Under the pieces are notes generated by a model. It did not search any database and had not been told where the DNA came from. It saw only the letters and a list, made by a program, of their open reading frames with translations. From assembly GCA_023101485.1 (NCBI GenBank), contig LVZB01000001.1, forward strand, positions 989,399-1,013,398: a stretch of 24,000 bases of DNA, given 5' to 3'. The stretch's first letter is position 1. Every line of letters starts with the position of its first letter. Position numbers and translations under genes: made by a program. Below, in pieces: positions 17,004 through 24,000 of this stretch. The DNA comes from Pasteurellaceae bacterium Macca. Its GTDB lineage: Bacteria; Pseudomonadota; Gammaproteobacteria; Enterobacterales; Pasteurellaceae.

Positions 17004-17179
17004 TGAAGTGCCAATGTGCCAGTAAATTAATTTCGCAACAACTCGATAGTAAGCTTAAGCCACAAGAGAAAATGGCTTTAAGTTTGCATTTGTTAATTTG
17101 TCCTCGTTGCCGTCATTTCCAACGAAATAATCAAAAATTACAAGGAATATTGAAACAGTATTGTTCAAAAGACTCATGA
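17003..17179 (+). CDS. 58-aa zinc-binding (ZAS-type) anti-sigma factor, not in the ORF track
   Basis: ATG overlaps the sigma stop (TAATG). The product is MKCQCASKLISQQLDSKLKPQEKMALSLHLLICPRCRHFQRNNQKLQGILKQYCSKDS. It carries Cys3-x25-His29-x3-Cys33-x2-Cys36 and no transmembrane segment. Confidence 0.7.
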   Translation: MKCQCASKLISQQLDSKLKPQEKMALSLHLLICPRCRHFQRNNQKLQGILKQYCSKDS

Positions 17180-17190
17180 AGAGTCTTTTG
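17166..17190. terminator. perfect hairpin between the convergent anti-sigma gene and ftsX
   Basis: caaaagactc (17166-17175) and gagtcttttg (17181-17190) form a 10-bp stem with a 5-nt loop. Flanking U-tracts are poor. Confidence 0.5.
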
Positions 17191-17210
17191 AATATGATGA
17201 AGTCATAGCA

Positions 17211-18134
17211 TTAATATTGTTTGCTCAGTTTTTGGATATAACGATTAGTCGCTAATTTCGCAGACAGCCAGCCAAGGAATATGCTGATAATTACAATTAA
17301 AAAGGATTCGCTGAGCGTAAAACCAAGTAGTTCAAATTTCACCGTGAACATATCCGACACATAACGCACGATACTGGTGAAATAGCTAATCGTCATTAAG
17401 CTAAATAGCAACGCGAAGAGGCTACCCAGTAAGCCGTAAATCATCCCCGTGTAAAGGAATGGGCGAGCGATGAAATAGTCCGTTGCACCAAGAAGTTGCA
17501 TTACATCAATGGACGCTCGGCTATTAGACACATCGGAACGTACGCTATTGCCGATCACCAAAAAGACCGCAATTAACATTAACACCGTACAAGTTACCGC
17601 AATACGGGCGATAAGCTCCGTCAATGCGGTTAATTTCTCTAACCAACCGTTATCTAAGCGGACTTCCTGCACCCCTTTAATACTTTGCAAACTATCCCGT
17701 AGGGCTAACATCTGCTCAGGCTGAGAGAACGCCTTTTTCGGTTTGAGCGTGACAACCGCCGGAAGGGGGTTATCGTCTAAAATATCCAAAGCGTGACCAA
17801 AGCCCGACCACGAACGAAATTCTTCCAAACTCTGTTGGCGAGAAATATAGTTCAAGCGGTCGATTTTATCCGTTTCAAAAGCACGGATACGTTCGACTAA
17901 GGCATTCGTATCTTTATCACTTAAATTCTTATGCAGATAGACGGTTAATTCCGGTTCAGGGTAGAACTCCGTGGCGGCGTGGTGCGTATTTTTCCACAGA
18001 AGATAACTGACCGTTGGAATGGTCAGCGACACCGCAATCACCAACACCGTTAAAAAAGTGCCGAATTTACGTTTCAGCAGATCTTGCCAAACGGCGGTAA
18101 GAATAAAGCGAGTTTGCGTATTGATGAGTTGCAT
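17211..18134 (-). CDS. ftsX: cell-division ABC transporter permease FtsX
   Basis: 307 aa with four TM segments and a periplasmic loop, directly downstream of ftsE. Confidence 0.92.
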   Translation of the reverse strand: MQLINTQTRFILTAVWQDLLKRKFGTFLTVLVIAVSLTIPTVSYLLWKNTHHAATEFYPEPELTVYLHKNLSDKDTNALVERIRAFETDKIDRLNYISRQQSLEEFRSWSGFGHALDILDDNPLPAVVTLKPKKAFSQPEQMLALRDSLQSIKGVQEVRLDNGWLEKLTALTELIARIAVTCTVLMLIAVFLVIGNSVRSDVSNSRASIDVMQLLGATDYFIARPFLYTGMIYGLLGSLFALLFSLMTISYFTSIVRYVSDMFTVKFELLGFTLSESFLIVIISIFLGWLSAKLATNRYIQKLSKQY

Positions 18135-18143
18135 AATGCGTCC

Positions 18144-18797
18144 TTATTTCAAATGCCCTTCTTCCAAGACCAAGCACGGTTTTGGACGTTGAGTAATGAT
18201 GTGGGTATCGTGGGTAGCGATTAACACCGTCGTCCCCGTTTTGTTAACTTCCTCAAACAAGCGGAAGATCTCAAAGGAGAGTTTGTCATCGAGGTTACCG
18301 GTTGGCTCATCGGCAAGGAGCACATCCGGGCGATGCACAATGGCGCGGGCAATGCCGACACGTTGCTGTTCCCCACCGGAAAGATGGCGAGGGAGGAAGT
18401 TGAGCTTATTTTCTAACCCGACACGCGCTAATGCCATTTTGGCTTCACGGATGGCGATAGATTGTGCTACGCCCATAATGATCAACGGTAGAGAAACGTT
18501 ATCTAAAATCGAACGATCAGAGAGCAAGCTATAATGTTGATGCACCATACCAATTTGACGGCGTAGGAAGGGCAATTCATGCTCGCTAAGGCGTGTAATA
18601 TCGTGTCCGTTGAAGATCACCTGCCCACCGTTGGCGCGTTCAATCCCCATAATCAGTTTTAACAGTGTGGTTTTCCCTGCACCGGAATGTCCTGTGATGT
18701 ACGCCATTTCACCTTTGGGTAAGTGAAAGTTGATTCTTTGCAACGCAGGGCGACCACCGCCTTTGTAGGCTTTGCTGACATTGTTAAAGGTGATCAT
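18144..18797 (-). CDS. ftsE: cell-division ABC transporter ATPase FtsE
   Basis: Walker A GHSGAGKTT, signature LSGGEQQR, Walker B LLADEPTG. Overlaps ftsY by 4 nt. Confidence 0.95.
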   Translation of the reverse strand: MITFNNVSKAYKGGGRPALQRINFHLPKGEMAYITGHSGAGKTTLLKLIMGIERANGGQVIFNGHDITRLSEHELPFLRRQIGMVHQHYSLLSDRSILDNVSLPLIIMGVAQSIAIREAKMALARVGLENKLNFLPRHLSGGEQQRVGIARAIVHRPDVLLADEPTGNLDDKLSFEIFRLFEEVNKTGTTVLIATHDTHIITQRPKPCLVLEEGHLK

Positions 18798-20434
18798 ACT
18801 TTTTCATTCTCCTGTGCGAAAAGGGCATCAATAAATTCTTCTGCATTGAATGGGCGGAGATCTTCAATTTTCTCTCCCACCCCAATGTAGCGAATAGGGA
18901 TATTAAACTGATCCGCAATCGCAAAAATGACCCCACCTTTGGCAGTGCCGTCTAATTTGGTGAGGGTAATACCCGTTAGCCCTACGGCTTCATTAAAGAG
19001 TTTTGCTTGGCTGATGGCGTTTTGCCCTGTGCCAGCATCAAGGGTGAGCATAATCTCGTGGGGGGCAGTTTCATCATATTTTTTCATCACACGGACGATT
19101 TTTTTCAACTCGTCCATCAAGTTATTTTTATTTTGCAAACGACCAGCGGTATCGGCAATCAACACATCCACGCCCTTAGCTGCGGCGGATTGCATGGCAT
19201 CGAAAATAACCGAAGCCGAATCTGCCCCCGTGGCTTGTGCCACCACAGGGATCTGATTACGTTCTCCCCACACTTGCAACTGCTCAACAGCGGCGGCTCG
19301 GAAGGTATCGCCGGCGGCTAACATCACCGATTTCCCTTCCCCTTGGAATTTGCGTGCGAGTTTGCCGATGGTGGTGGTTTTACCCACGCCATTTACCCCG
19401 ACCATTAAGATCACATAAGGTTTTTTCTCTTCAATTATCAATGGCTTAGCAACAGGTTTAAGCACCTCGCCTAATTCGACTTTGAGTTGTTGATAGAGTA
19501 ATTCCGCATCTTGGAGCTGTTTTTTCGAGGCGTGTTGCGTTAAGTTATTGATAATTTTAGTGGTTGTTGGCATACCGAGGTCGGCTACTAACAACTGTTC
19601 TTCTAATTCCTCAAAGAGTTCATCATCAATTTTTTTACCACGGAAAAAGCCTAAAAAGCCAGAACCGATGCTCTGTTTTGTTTTGATTAACCCTTTGATT
19701 AAACGGCTAAAGAAGCCCCCTTCACTGGGTTTCTCGGGGTAGCTTTCTCCCCCTGCTGTTTCGGTAATGGCTTCTTCTGTCGCCTCTTCTTGGGCTTCAA
19801 CACTTTCCACTTGCGTTTGGCTCGGTGCAAATTCTTCTTCAAATTCGACCGCTTGTGCTGGGGCAGTTTCAGTAGTGAGTGCTTCCTGCGTGTCGGTGAG
19901 TTCAGTGACCGTTTCAACGCTTTCCGCTTGCGTTTGGTTCGGTGCAAATTCTTCTTCAAATTCGACCGCTTGTTCTGGGGCAGTTTCAATGGCTAGCACG
20001 TCCTGCGTGTCGGCTAGTTCAGTGGTCGTTTCAACACTTTCTGCCTGCGTTTCGCTCGGTGCAGATTCTGCTTCAAATTCGACCGCTTGTACTGGGGCAG
20101 TTTCAGTAGTGAGTGCTTCTTGTGTTTCGGCTAGTTCTGTGACCGTTTCGACACTTTCTGCCTGCGTTTGGCTTGGTGCAAATTCTGTTTCAAATTCGAC
20201 CGCTTGTTCTGGGGCAGTTTCAGTAGTGAGTGCTTCCTGCGTTTCGGTGAGTTCAGTGACCGTTTCGACACTTTCCGCTTGCGTTTGGCTCGGTGCAAAT
20301 TCTGCTTCAAATTCGACCGCTTGTTCTGGGGCTTCTTCGGGCGTTTCTGTCGGGGTGTCGAGGGTTTCTTCCGCTTCTTTTTTTCCAAAGCCTAACCACG
20401 ACCAAAATCCTTTCTTTTTCTTTTCTTCTGCCAT
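18794..20434 (-). CDS. ftsY: signal-recognition-particle receptor FtsY with repeat-expanded acidic A domain
   Basis: The NG domain has GVNGVGKTTT, DTAGR and TKLDGTAKGG. The N-terminal ~215 aa are acidic and contain 39-aa tandem repeats. Confidence 0.95.
   Translation of the reverse strand: MAEEKKKKGFWSWLGFGKKEAEETLDTPTETPEEAPEQAVEFEAEFAPSQTQAESVETVTELTETQEALTTETAPEQAVEFETEFAPSQTQAESVETVTELAETQEALTTETAPVQAVEFEAESAPSETQAESVETTTELADTQDVLAIETAPEQAVEFEEEFAPNQTQAESVETVTELTDTQEALTTETAPAQAVEFEEEFAPSQTQVESVEAQEEATEEAITETAGGESYPEKPSEGGFFSRLIKGLIKTKQSIGSGFLGFFRGKKIDDELFEELEEQLLVADLGMPTTTKIINNLTQHASKKQLQDAELLYQQLKVELGEVLKPVAKPLIIEEKKPYVILMVGVNGVGKTTTIGKLARKFQGEGKSVMLAAGDTFRAAAVEQLQVWGERNQIPVVAQATGADSASVIFDAMQSAAAKGVDVLIADTAGRLQNKNNLMDELKKIVRVMKKYDETAPHEIMLTLDAGTGQNAISQAKLFNEAVGLTGITLTKLDGTAKGGVIFAIADQFNIPIRYIGVGEKIEDLRPFNAEEFIDALFAQENEKV
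19796..20332 (-). repeat. about 4.6 tandem in-frame copies of a 117-bp (39-aa) unit inside ftsY
   Basis: The unit is APEQAVEFEAEFAPSQTQAESVETVTELTETQEALTTET. The USS core accgcttgt recurs at 19848, 19965, 20082, 20199 and 20316, exactly 117 nt apart. Confidence 0.9.
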
Positions 20435-20532
20435 TTTCTTATCTCTTAAAAATTAAAAATCCATTTTGGCTCAAAATGGAATAAACTTGGCGTTAGTTTA
20501 TCACTTTTTCCCAACGAATTTGGCGACAACGT

Positions 20533-21147
20533 ATGAAAAAAACTCAAATTTCTCCCTCAAAACATTCCCCCAAAGGCAATTCTGCGCGCGCGACAGGGGA
20601 AGTGCGAATTATTGCGGGGTTATGGCGTGGGCGAAAATTGCCCGTCTTGAATGCGGAGGGGCTACGCCCCACGACAGATCGTGTGAAGGAAACGCTCTTT
20701 AATTGGTTGATGGGGGATATTGCGGGGAGTCGTTGTTTGGATTGCTTTGCAGGCAGTGGCTCACTTGGCTTGGAAGCCCTTTCCCGTCAAGGACAAGCGG
20801 TCGTTTTTTTAGAGAAATTTGCACCGGTAGCGACACAGTTAAAGAAAAATTTAGCCAGCTTAAAGACCACGGCGGGAACGGTCGTGCAGGGGGATTCTTT
20901 GCAGTTCCTCGCCCAAAAAAATAGCGATGCCCCTTTTGATATTGTATTTATTGACCCTCCCTTTCATCACGGCGTTGTGCCACAGGTGTTGGCGTTATTG
21001 GCGGAAAATCAGTGGCTAAGTGAGCAGGCGCTAATTTATGTCGAAACGGAGAAAAATCATCCACCCCTGACCTTGCCAACGCACTGGCAGATCCTCAAAG
21101 AAAAAACGGCAGGGCAGGTTGTCAGCCGTCTCATCCAAGTGGGTTAA
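20533..21147 (+). CDS. rsmD: 16S rRNA (guanine966-N2)-methyltransferase RsmD
   Basis: 204 aa. GEVRIIAGLWRGRKLPVLNAEGLRPTTDRVKETLFNWL...CLDCFAGSGSLGLEALSR...FIDPPF. Divergent from ftsY as in E. coli. Confidence 0.9.
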   Translation: MKKTQISPSKHSPKGNSARATGEVRIIAGLWRGRKLPVLNAEGLRPTTDRVKETLFNWLMGDIAGSRCLDCFAGSGSLGLEALSRQGQAVVFLEKFAPVATQLKKNLASLKTTAGTVVQGDSLQFLAQKNSDAPFDIVFIDPPFHHGVVPQVLALLAENQWLSEQALIYVETEKNHPPLTLPTHWQILKEKTAGQVVSRLIQVG

Positions 21148-21149
21148 GT

Positions 21150-22469
21150 TTATTCCATGGCGGACAGCAAGCCGAGAAAAATCTCCCCAATAAAGAGTAA
21201 AGGTGTGCGAGTGCGAAGCCATGGGGGAATGCCGTGCTGTTGGTAGATCTTTTTCATCTCTTCCCGTTGTGCTTGCCCATAACGTGCCGTTTTTCCAGAA
21301 TGGGTGAGTTTAATCGTCACCGTTTGAGATTCAAGCGCTTTTGGCAGTAACAAGCGGTCTGTTTTATGGGGAAATTTGCCACAGATTTCCCCTTTTTGAC
21401 GCAAAATCGTGCCAATGCCATCGGGTAAGGTAAGGGCTTCCTCACCAGCTGAAAGCGTGGCGGTGAAGCTGGCGGTATCTGCAGAATCCGCAAAGGGTGG
21501 GGTAAAGTAGAGCCGTGATTGATAACGGCGTAACACGCCATTGCCGAAGGGAAATTGGGGATGTTTGTCGAGGTTTGCTTCCACCATTTGATGCAGAATC
21601 TGATCGAGGCGTTCTTGACTTGGCATTTGTTGATTCAGTTTGGCGAGCCATAAACGAATGAGTTGGCGTTGTTTGGGGCGTGAAAAATTGGCAAAGCCTT
21701 GAATATCAAAGCAATTTCTATGGCAACGGCGGTGCAGTTCTTCACTTAAAAGCTCCTCCAACAGGGCTTGTTGTTCCGCACAATGTTGTGCCGTGCGTGC
21801 GACCATTTGAGTAAAATGCCAACGGTTGTTTAAAAGGGGGAGGACTTGATTGCGCAGGAAATTGCGGTCGTAGTGGTTGTCGTTGTTGCTTTCATCCCTC
21901 ACCCAAGCGAGTTGCTGGGCTTTCGCATAGGCGAGAATCGCCGTCTTTGAAGTGTTGAGGAAGGGGCGTAGAATGGTGAAATTTTGCCAAAAACTCACCC
22001 CTTGCATCGCAGAAAGCCCTTTCACCCCGCTGCCTCGTTTTAAGGCGAGGAGGAGCGTTTCCGCTTGATCGTCTTGATGATGTGCAGTGACGAACATCTC
22101 TTGGGCAAAAATGTGCTTTCCAATAGCTTGATAGCGTGCTTGTCGTGCTTCGGCTTCGAGATTTTTCCCCGAAACCTTGACCCTTTCACTGAGAAACGGC
22201 ACGGCAAGTTGGGCGCAATAATCTTGGCAAAATTGTCGCCATTGATCAGCATTTGGGCTGATGCCGTGGTGAATATGGATTGCCCGCAGTTTTAGCCCGA
22301 GCAGGGGGCGTAGTTGGCTAAACAGATGAAGCAATACCACTGAATCCACCCCACCACTTAGCCCAATCAGAAATTCACGTTGGTGTGGTGCAAGGCGTGT
22401 AAGTTGTGTTTGTAATTGAGTGAGCATAGTTAGTATGGTTGGAATTGGGGATAAAAAGGCATTTTGCAT
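21150..22469 (-). CDS. tilS: tRNA(Ile)-lysidine synthase TilS
   Basis: 439 aa with PP-loop LIGLSGGVDSVVLLH and ...HHQDDQAETLLLALKRGSG. The real start may be the internal ATG 14 codons downstream of the annotated start (MLTQLQ..., ~22427). Confidence 0.88.
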   Translation of the reverse strand: MQNAFLSPIPTILTMLTQLQTQLTRLAPHQREFLIGLSGGVDSVVLLHLFSQLRPLLGLKLRAIHIHHGISPNADQWRQFCQDYCAQLAVPFLSERVKVSGKNLEAEARQARYQAIGKHIFAQEMFVTAHHQDDQAETLLLALKRGSGVKGLSAMQGVSFWQNFTILRPFLNTSKTAILAYAKAQQLAWVRDESNNDNHYDRNFLRNQVLPLLNNRWHFTQMVARTAQHCAEQQALLEELLSEELHRRCHRNCFDIQGFANFSRPKQRQLIRLWLAKLNQQMPSQERLDQILHQMVEANLDKHPQFPFGNGVLRRYQSRLYFTPPFADSADTASFTATLSAGEEALTLPDGIGTILRQKGEICGKFPHKTDRLLLPKALESQTVTIKLTHSGKTARYGQAQREEMKKIYQQHGIPPWLRTRTPLLFIGEIFLGLLSAME

Positions 22470-22644
22470 TATGCCATATTCCTTTGATTCGGCGATAGCT
22501 TAAAACTGGGGCGCTGTGTGCCACGATCTTCCTATTTTGCGGAGAAATTTTTTTGAAAAGATCGTGCCACAGTGGTGTAAAAAATGCTAAAATTCTGCGC
22601 TTTGAAAATGGAACGTTCTCTTTTTAATAAATTATTAGGTTAAT

Positions 22645-23052
22645 ATGGCTAAAAACATTCAACAACAAAGCCCTGAAAAAGTAGAGGGTGTAAAAAGTAA
22701 AGGCGTAAACGGCGCACTTTGGGCGGTTTCTATCGTCTTATTAGCAGTGGCAGCAGTAGGAAATACTTATTTTGCTACCCATTTTGCTTTTGTTGTGCGT
22801 ATTTTATTGATCGTAGTGCTTCTTATTGCCGCTGTGGGGTTAGCAGCGATTACTAATCAAGGGCGTAAAGCCATTGGTTTTATGAAAGATTCTCGCCAAG
22901 AGTTGCGTAAGGTGATTTGGCCAAATCGTCCAGAAGCGACGCAAACAACGTTAATTGTCGCAGCAATTTGTGTGGTTGTGGCGTTGGCACTTTGGGGTAT
23001 TGATAGCGTTATCGTATCAATCATTGATTTCCTAACCAATTTGAGATTCTAA
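22645..23052 (+). CDS. secE: preprotein translocase subunit SecE
   Basis: 135 aa with three hydrophobic helices and the conserved tail [27 protein letters not shown]. Sits immediately upstream of nusG. Confidence 0.92.
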   Translation: MAKNIQQQSPEKVEGVKSKGVNGALWAVSIVLLAVAAVGNTYFATHFAFVVRILLIVVLLIAAVGLAAITNQGRKAIGFMKDSRQELRKVIWPNRPEATQTTLIVAAICVVVALALWGIDSVIVSIIDFLTNLRF

Positions 23053-23053
23053 A

Positions 23054-23620
23054 ATGAGCGAAATTGAAGTTAAAGAAGCATCTCGTATGCGTTGGTATGT
23101 ATTACAAGCCTTTTCAGGTTTTGAAGCTCGTGTGGCAATGACTTTGCGGGAATATATTAAATTGCACAATATGCAAGATCAGTTCGGCGAAGTGTTAGTG
23201 CCAACGGAAGAAGTGGTCGAAAATGTTGGTGGAAAACGCCGTAAAACAGAACGTAAATTCTTCCCAGGTTACGTGCTTGTGCAAATGGAAATGAATGACG
23301 ATACTTGGCACTTAGTCAAAAGCGTGCCTCGTGTTATGGGCTTTATTGGTGGTACAGCAGATAAACCTGCGCCAATTACCCAACGTGAAGCGGAACGCAT
23401 TCTTAACCGTGTGCAAGAAACCGCCGACAAACCACGCCACCGTAAAGAGTTCCAACCGGGCGAAGAAGTTCGTGTTACCGAAGGGCCATTTGCAGATTTC
23501 AATGGCACAGTGGAAGAAGTGGATTACGAAAAAGGCCGCTTGAAAGTGTCAGTTTCTATCTTTGGTCGTGCAACCCCTGTTGAGCTTGAATTTAATCAAG
23601 TGGAAAAACAGAACGGCTAA
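23054..23620 (+). CDS. nusG: transcription termination/antitermination factor NusG
   Basis: 188 aa. [12 protein letters not shown]...[11 protein letters not shown]... plus the KOW motif [37 protein letters not shown]. Confidence 0.95.
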   Translation: MSEIEVKEASRMRWYVLQAFSGFEARVAMTLREYIKLHNMQDQFGEVLVPTEEVVENVGGKRRKTERKFFPGYVLVQMEMNDDTWHLVKSVPRVMGFIGGTADKPAPITQREAERILNRVQETADKPRHRKEFQPGEEVRVTEGPFADFNGTVEEVDYEKGRLKVSVSIFGRATPVELEFNQVEKQNG

Positions 23621-23647
23621 TCCATTTTACAATCCCTTTTTTAAATA

Positions 23648-23701
23648 ATCTGCTCCAAAAGAGTTGGGCTTATACCAACTCATTAAAGAGCAGATTTTTT
23701 T
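23648..23701 (+). terminator. nusG terminator (nested hairpins plus T7)
   Basis: Outer stem atctgctc (23648-23655) / gagcagat (23688-23695), inner stem gagttgg (23661-23667) / ccaactc (23675-23681), followed by ttttttt. Confidence 0.7.
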
Positions 23702-23784
23702 ATGACTAAAATTTTTAATTTATCGATTTCATAAATTACGCTCTCACTACTTAGTTTTACAATTATCATTTAAGGATGTTAAGA

Positions 23785-24000
23785 ATGGCAAAAACTCAAT
23801 CTATTGAACCTAATATCGCGGATCTTGTAAATGGCTGGTTAAAATCATACCAATTAGATTACAAACTTGAGCAAGAACATCTTAATGATGATATTGATAA
23901 TGCACTAAGTGATTATTTTTCTAAAACAGGGGGAGAGGGTGCAAATCGCCCTGATGCAAAATTGTTGTTACGTCACGAAAGTAGTCAGCAAGATTATCCT
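23785..24000 (+). CDS. 5' part of an AT-rich ORF running off the window (unknown; possible nuclease-like N-terminus)
   Basis: ATG 23785 has AAGGA 9 nt upstream. 72 codons are open to the window edge: MAKTQSIEPNIADLVNGWLKSYQLDYKLEQEHLNDDIDNALSDYFSKTGGEGANRPDAKLLLRHESSQQDYP. Not in the track because it has no stop in the window. Confidence 0.45.
   Translation, partial: MAKTQSIEPNIADLVNGWLKSYQLDYKLEQEHLNDDIDNALSDYFSKTGGEGANRPDAKLLLRHESSQQDYP

Noticed and set aside
19796-20332. Regularly spaced 117-bp repeats as a possible CRISPR-like array.
   Set aside because: The units are directly contiguous with no unique spacers. They are in frame within ftsY, and no cas genes are present.
19699-20456. 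Long alternative-frame ORFs across the ftsY repeat region: 229-aa Ser/Val/Cys-rich plus-strand ORF 19767..20456, and Lys/Arg-rich minus-strand ORFs 19699..19989 and 20131..20388.
   Set aside because: They exist only because the 117-bp repeat lacks stops in several frames. The ftsY frame is continuous with a canonical NG domain and explains the region. The alternative products are low-complexity and have no start context.
20459-20479. Hairpin tccatttt-ggctc-aaaatgga in the ftsY/rsmD divergent promoter region.
   Set aside because: It is a short AT-rich 8-bp stem in a promoter region, with no flanking U-tract or recognisable operator pattern. It is likely incidental.
1-24000. Searched by eye for matS sites (GTGAC-N3-GTCAC), tRNA/tmRNA genes or direct-repeat att sites at the island edges (260-400, 4804-4848, 6299-6700), and for simple-sequence repeats in the R-M genes.
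   Set aside because: None found. GTGAC occurrences (e.g. 11085, 19906, 20140) lack the inverted partner. Island edges share no repeat longer than a few AT-rich bases.

Overview
Pasteurellaceae-type chromosomal window. The Apl-type uptake signal sequence (USS) core ACAAGCGGT occurs at least 13 times, and the gene orders matP-lonH-fabA, ftsYEX/rsmD and secE-nusG are gamma-proteobacterial core. Bases ~6670-23700 are housekeeping: an oxyR-fabR-thioredoxin-like operon, rph, yicC, matP, lonH, fabA, msrPQ divergent from an ECF sigma factor plus an untracked 58-aa zinc anti-sigma factor, ftsYEX, rsmD, tilS and secE-nusG. One intact IS1016-like element (13841-14559) cuts off a prepilin-type gene in this block. 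Bases ~260-6665 are accessory DNA. The main candidate system sits here: a very AT-rich, USS-free, tightly packed minus-strand cassette. It encodes two HTH regulators, an 838-aa single-chain fusion of a complete C5-cytosine methyltransferase to an N6-adenine methyltransferase, and a translationally coupled 420-aa protein with a C-terminal HNH motif and a large unassigned N-terminal region. I read it as a Type II(S)-like restriction-modification module. It abuts the terminus of a decayed IS1595-family element (in-frame stop plus frameshift), followed by more pseudogene debris. Other points: 4.6 tandem in-frame 117-bp repeats in the ftsY acidic domain, each containing a full extended USS; a 33-bp bipartite USS consensus that encodes the same peptide in two unrelated proteins; a CRP-S-like palindrome upstream of the truncated pseudopilin; and a FabR-type palindrome at the fabA promoter. 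A new AT-rich ORF runs off the right edge. All functional calls rest on motifs and remembered homologues read by eye; no database search was possible.
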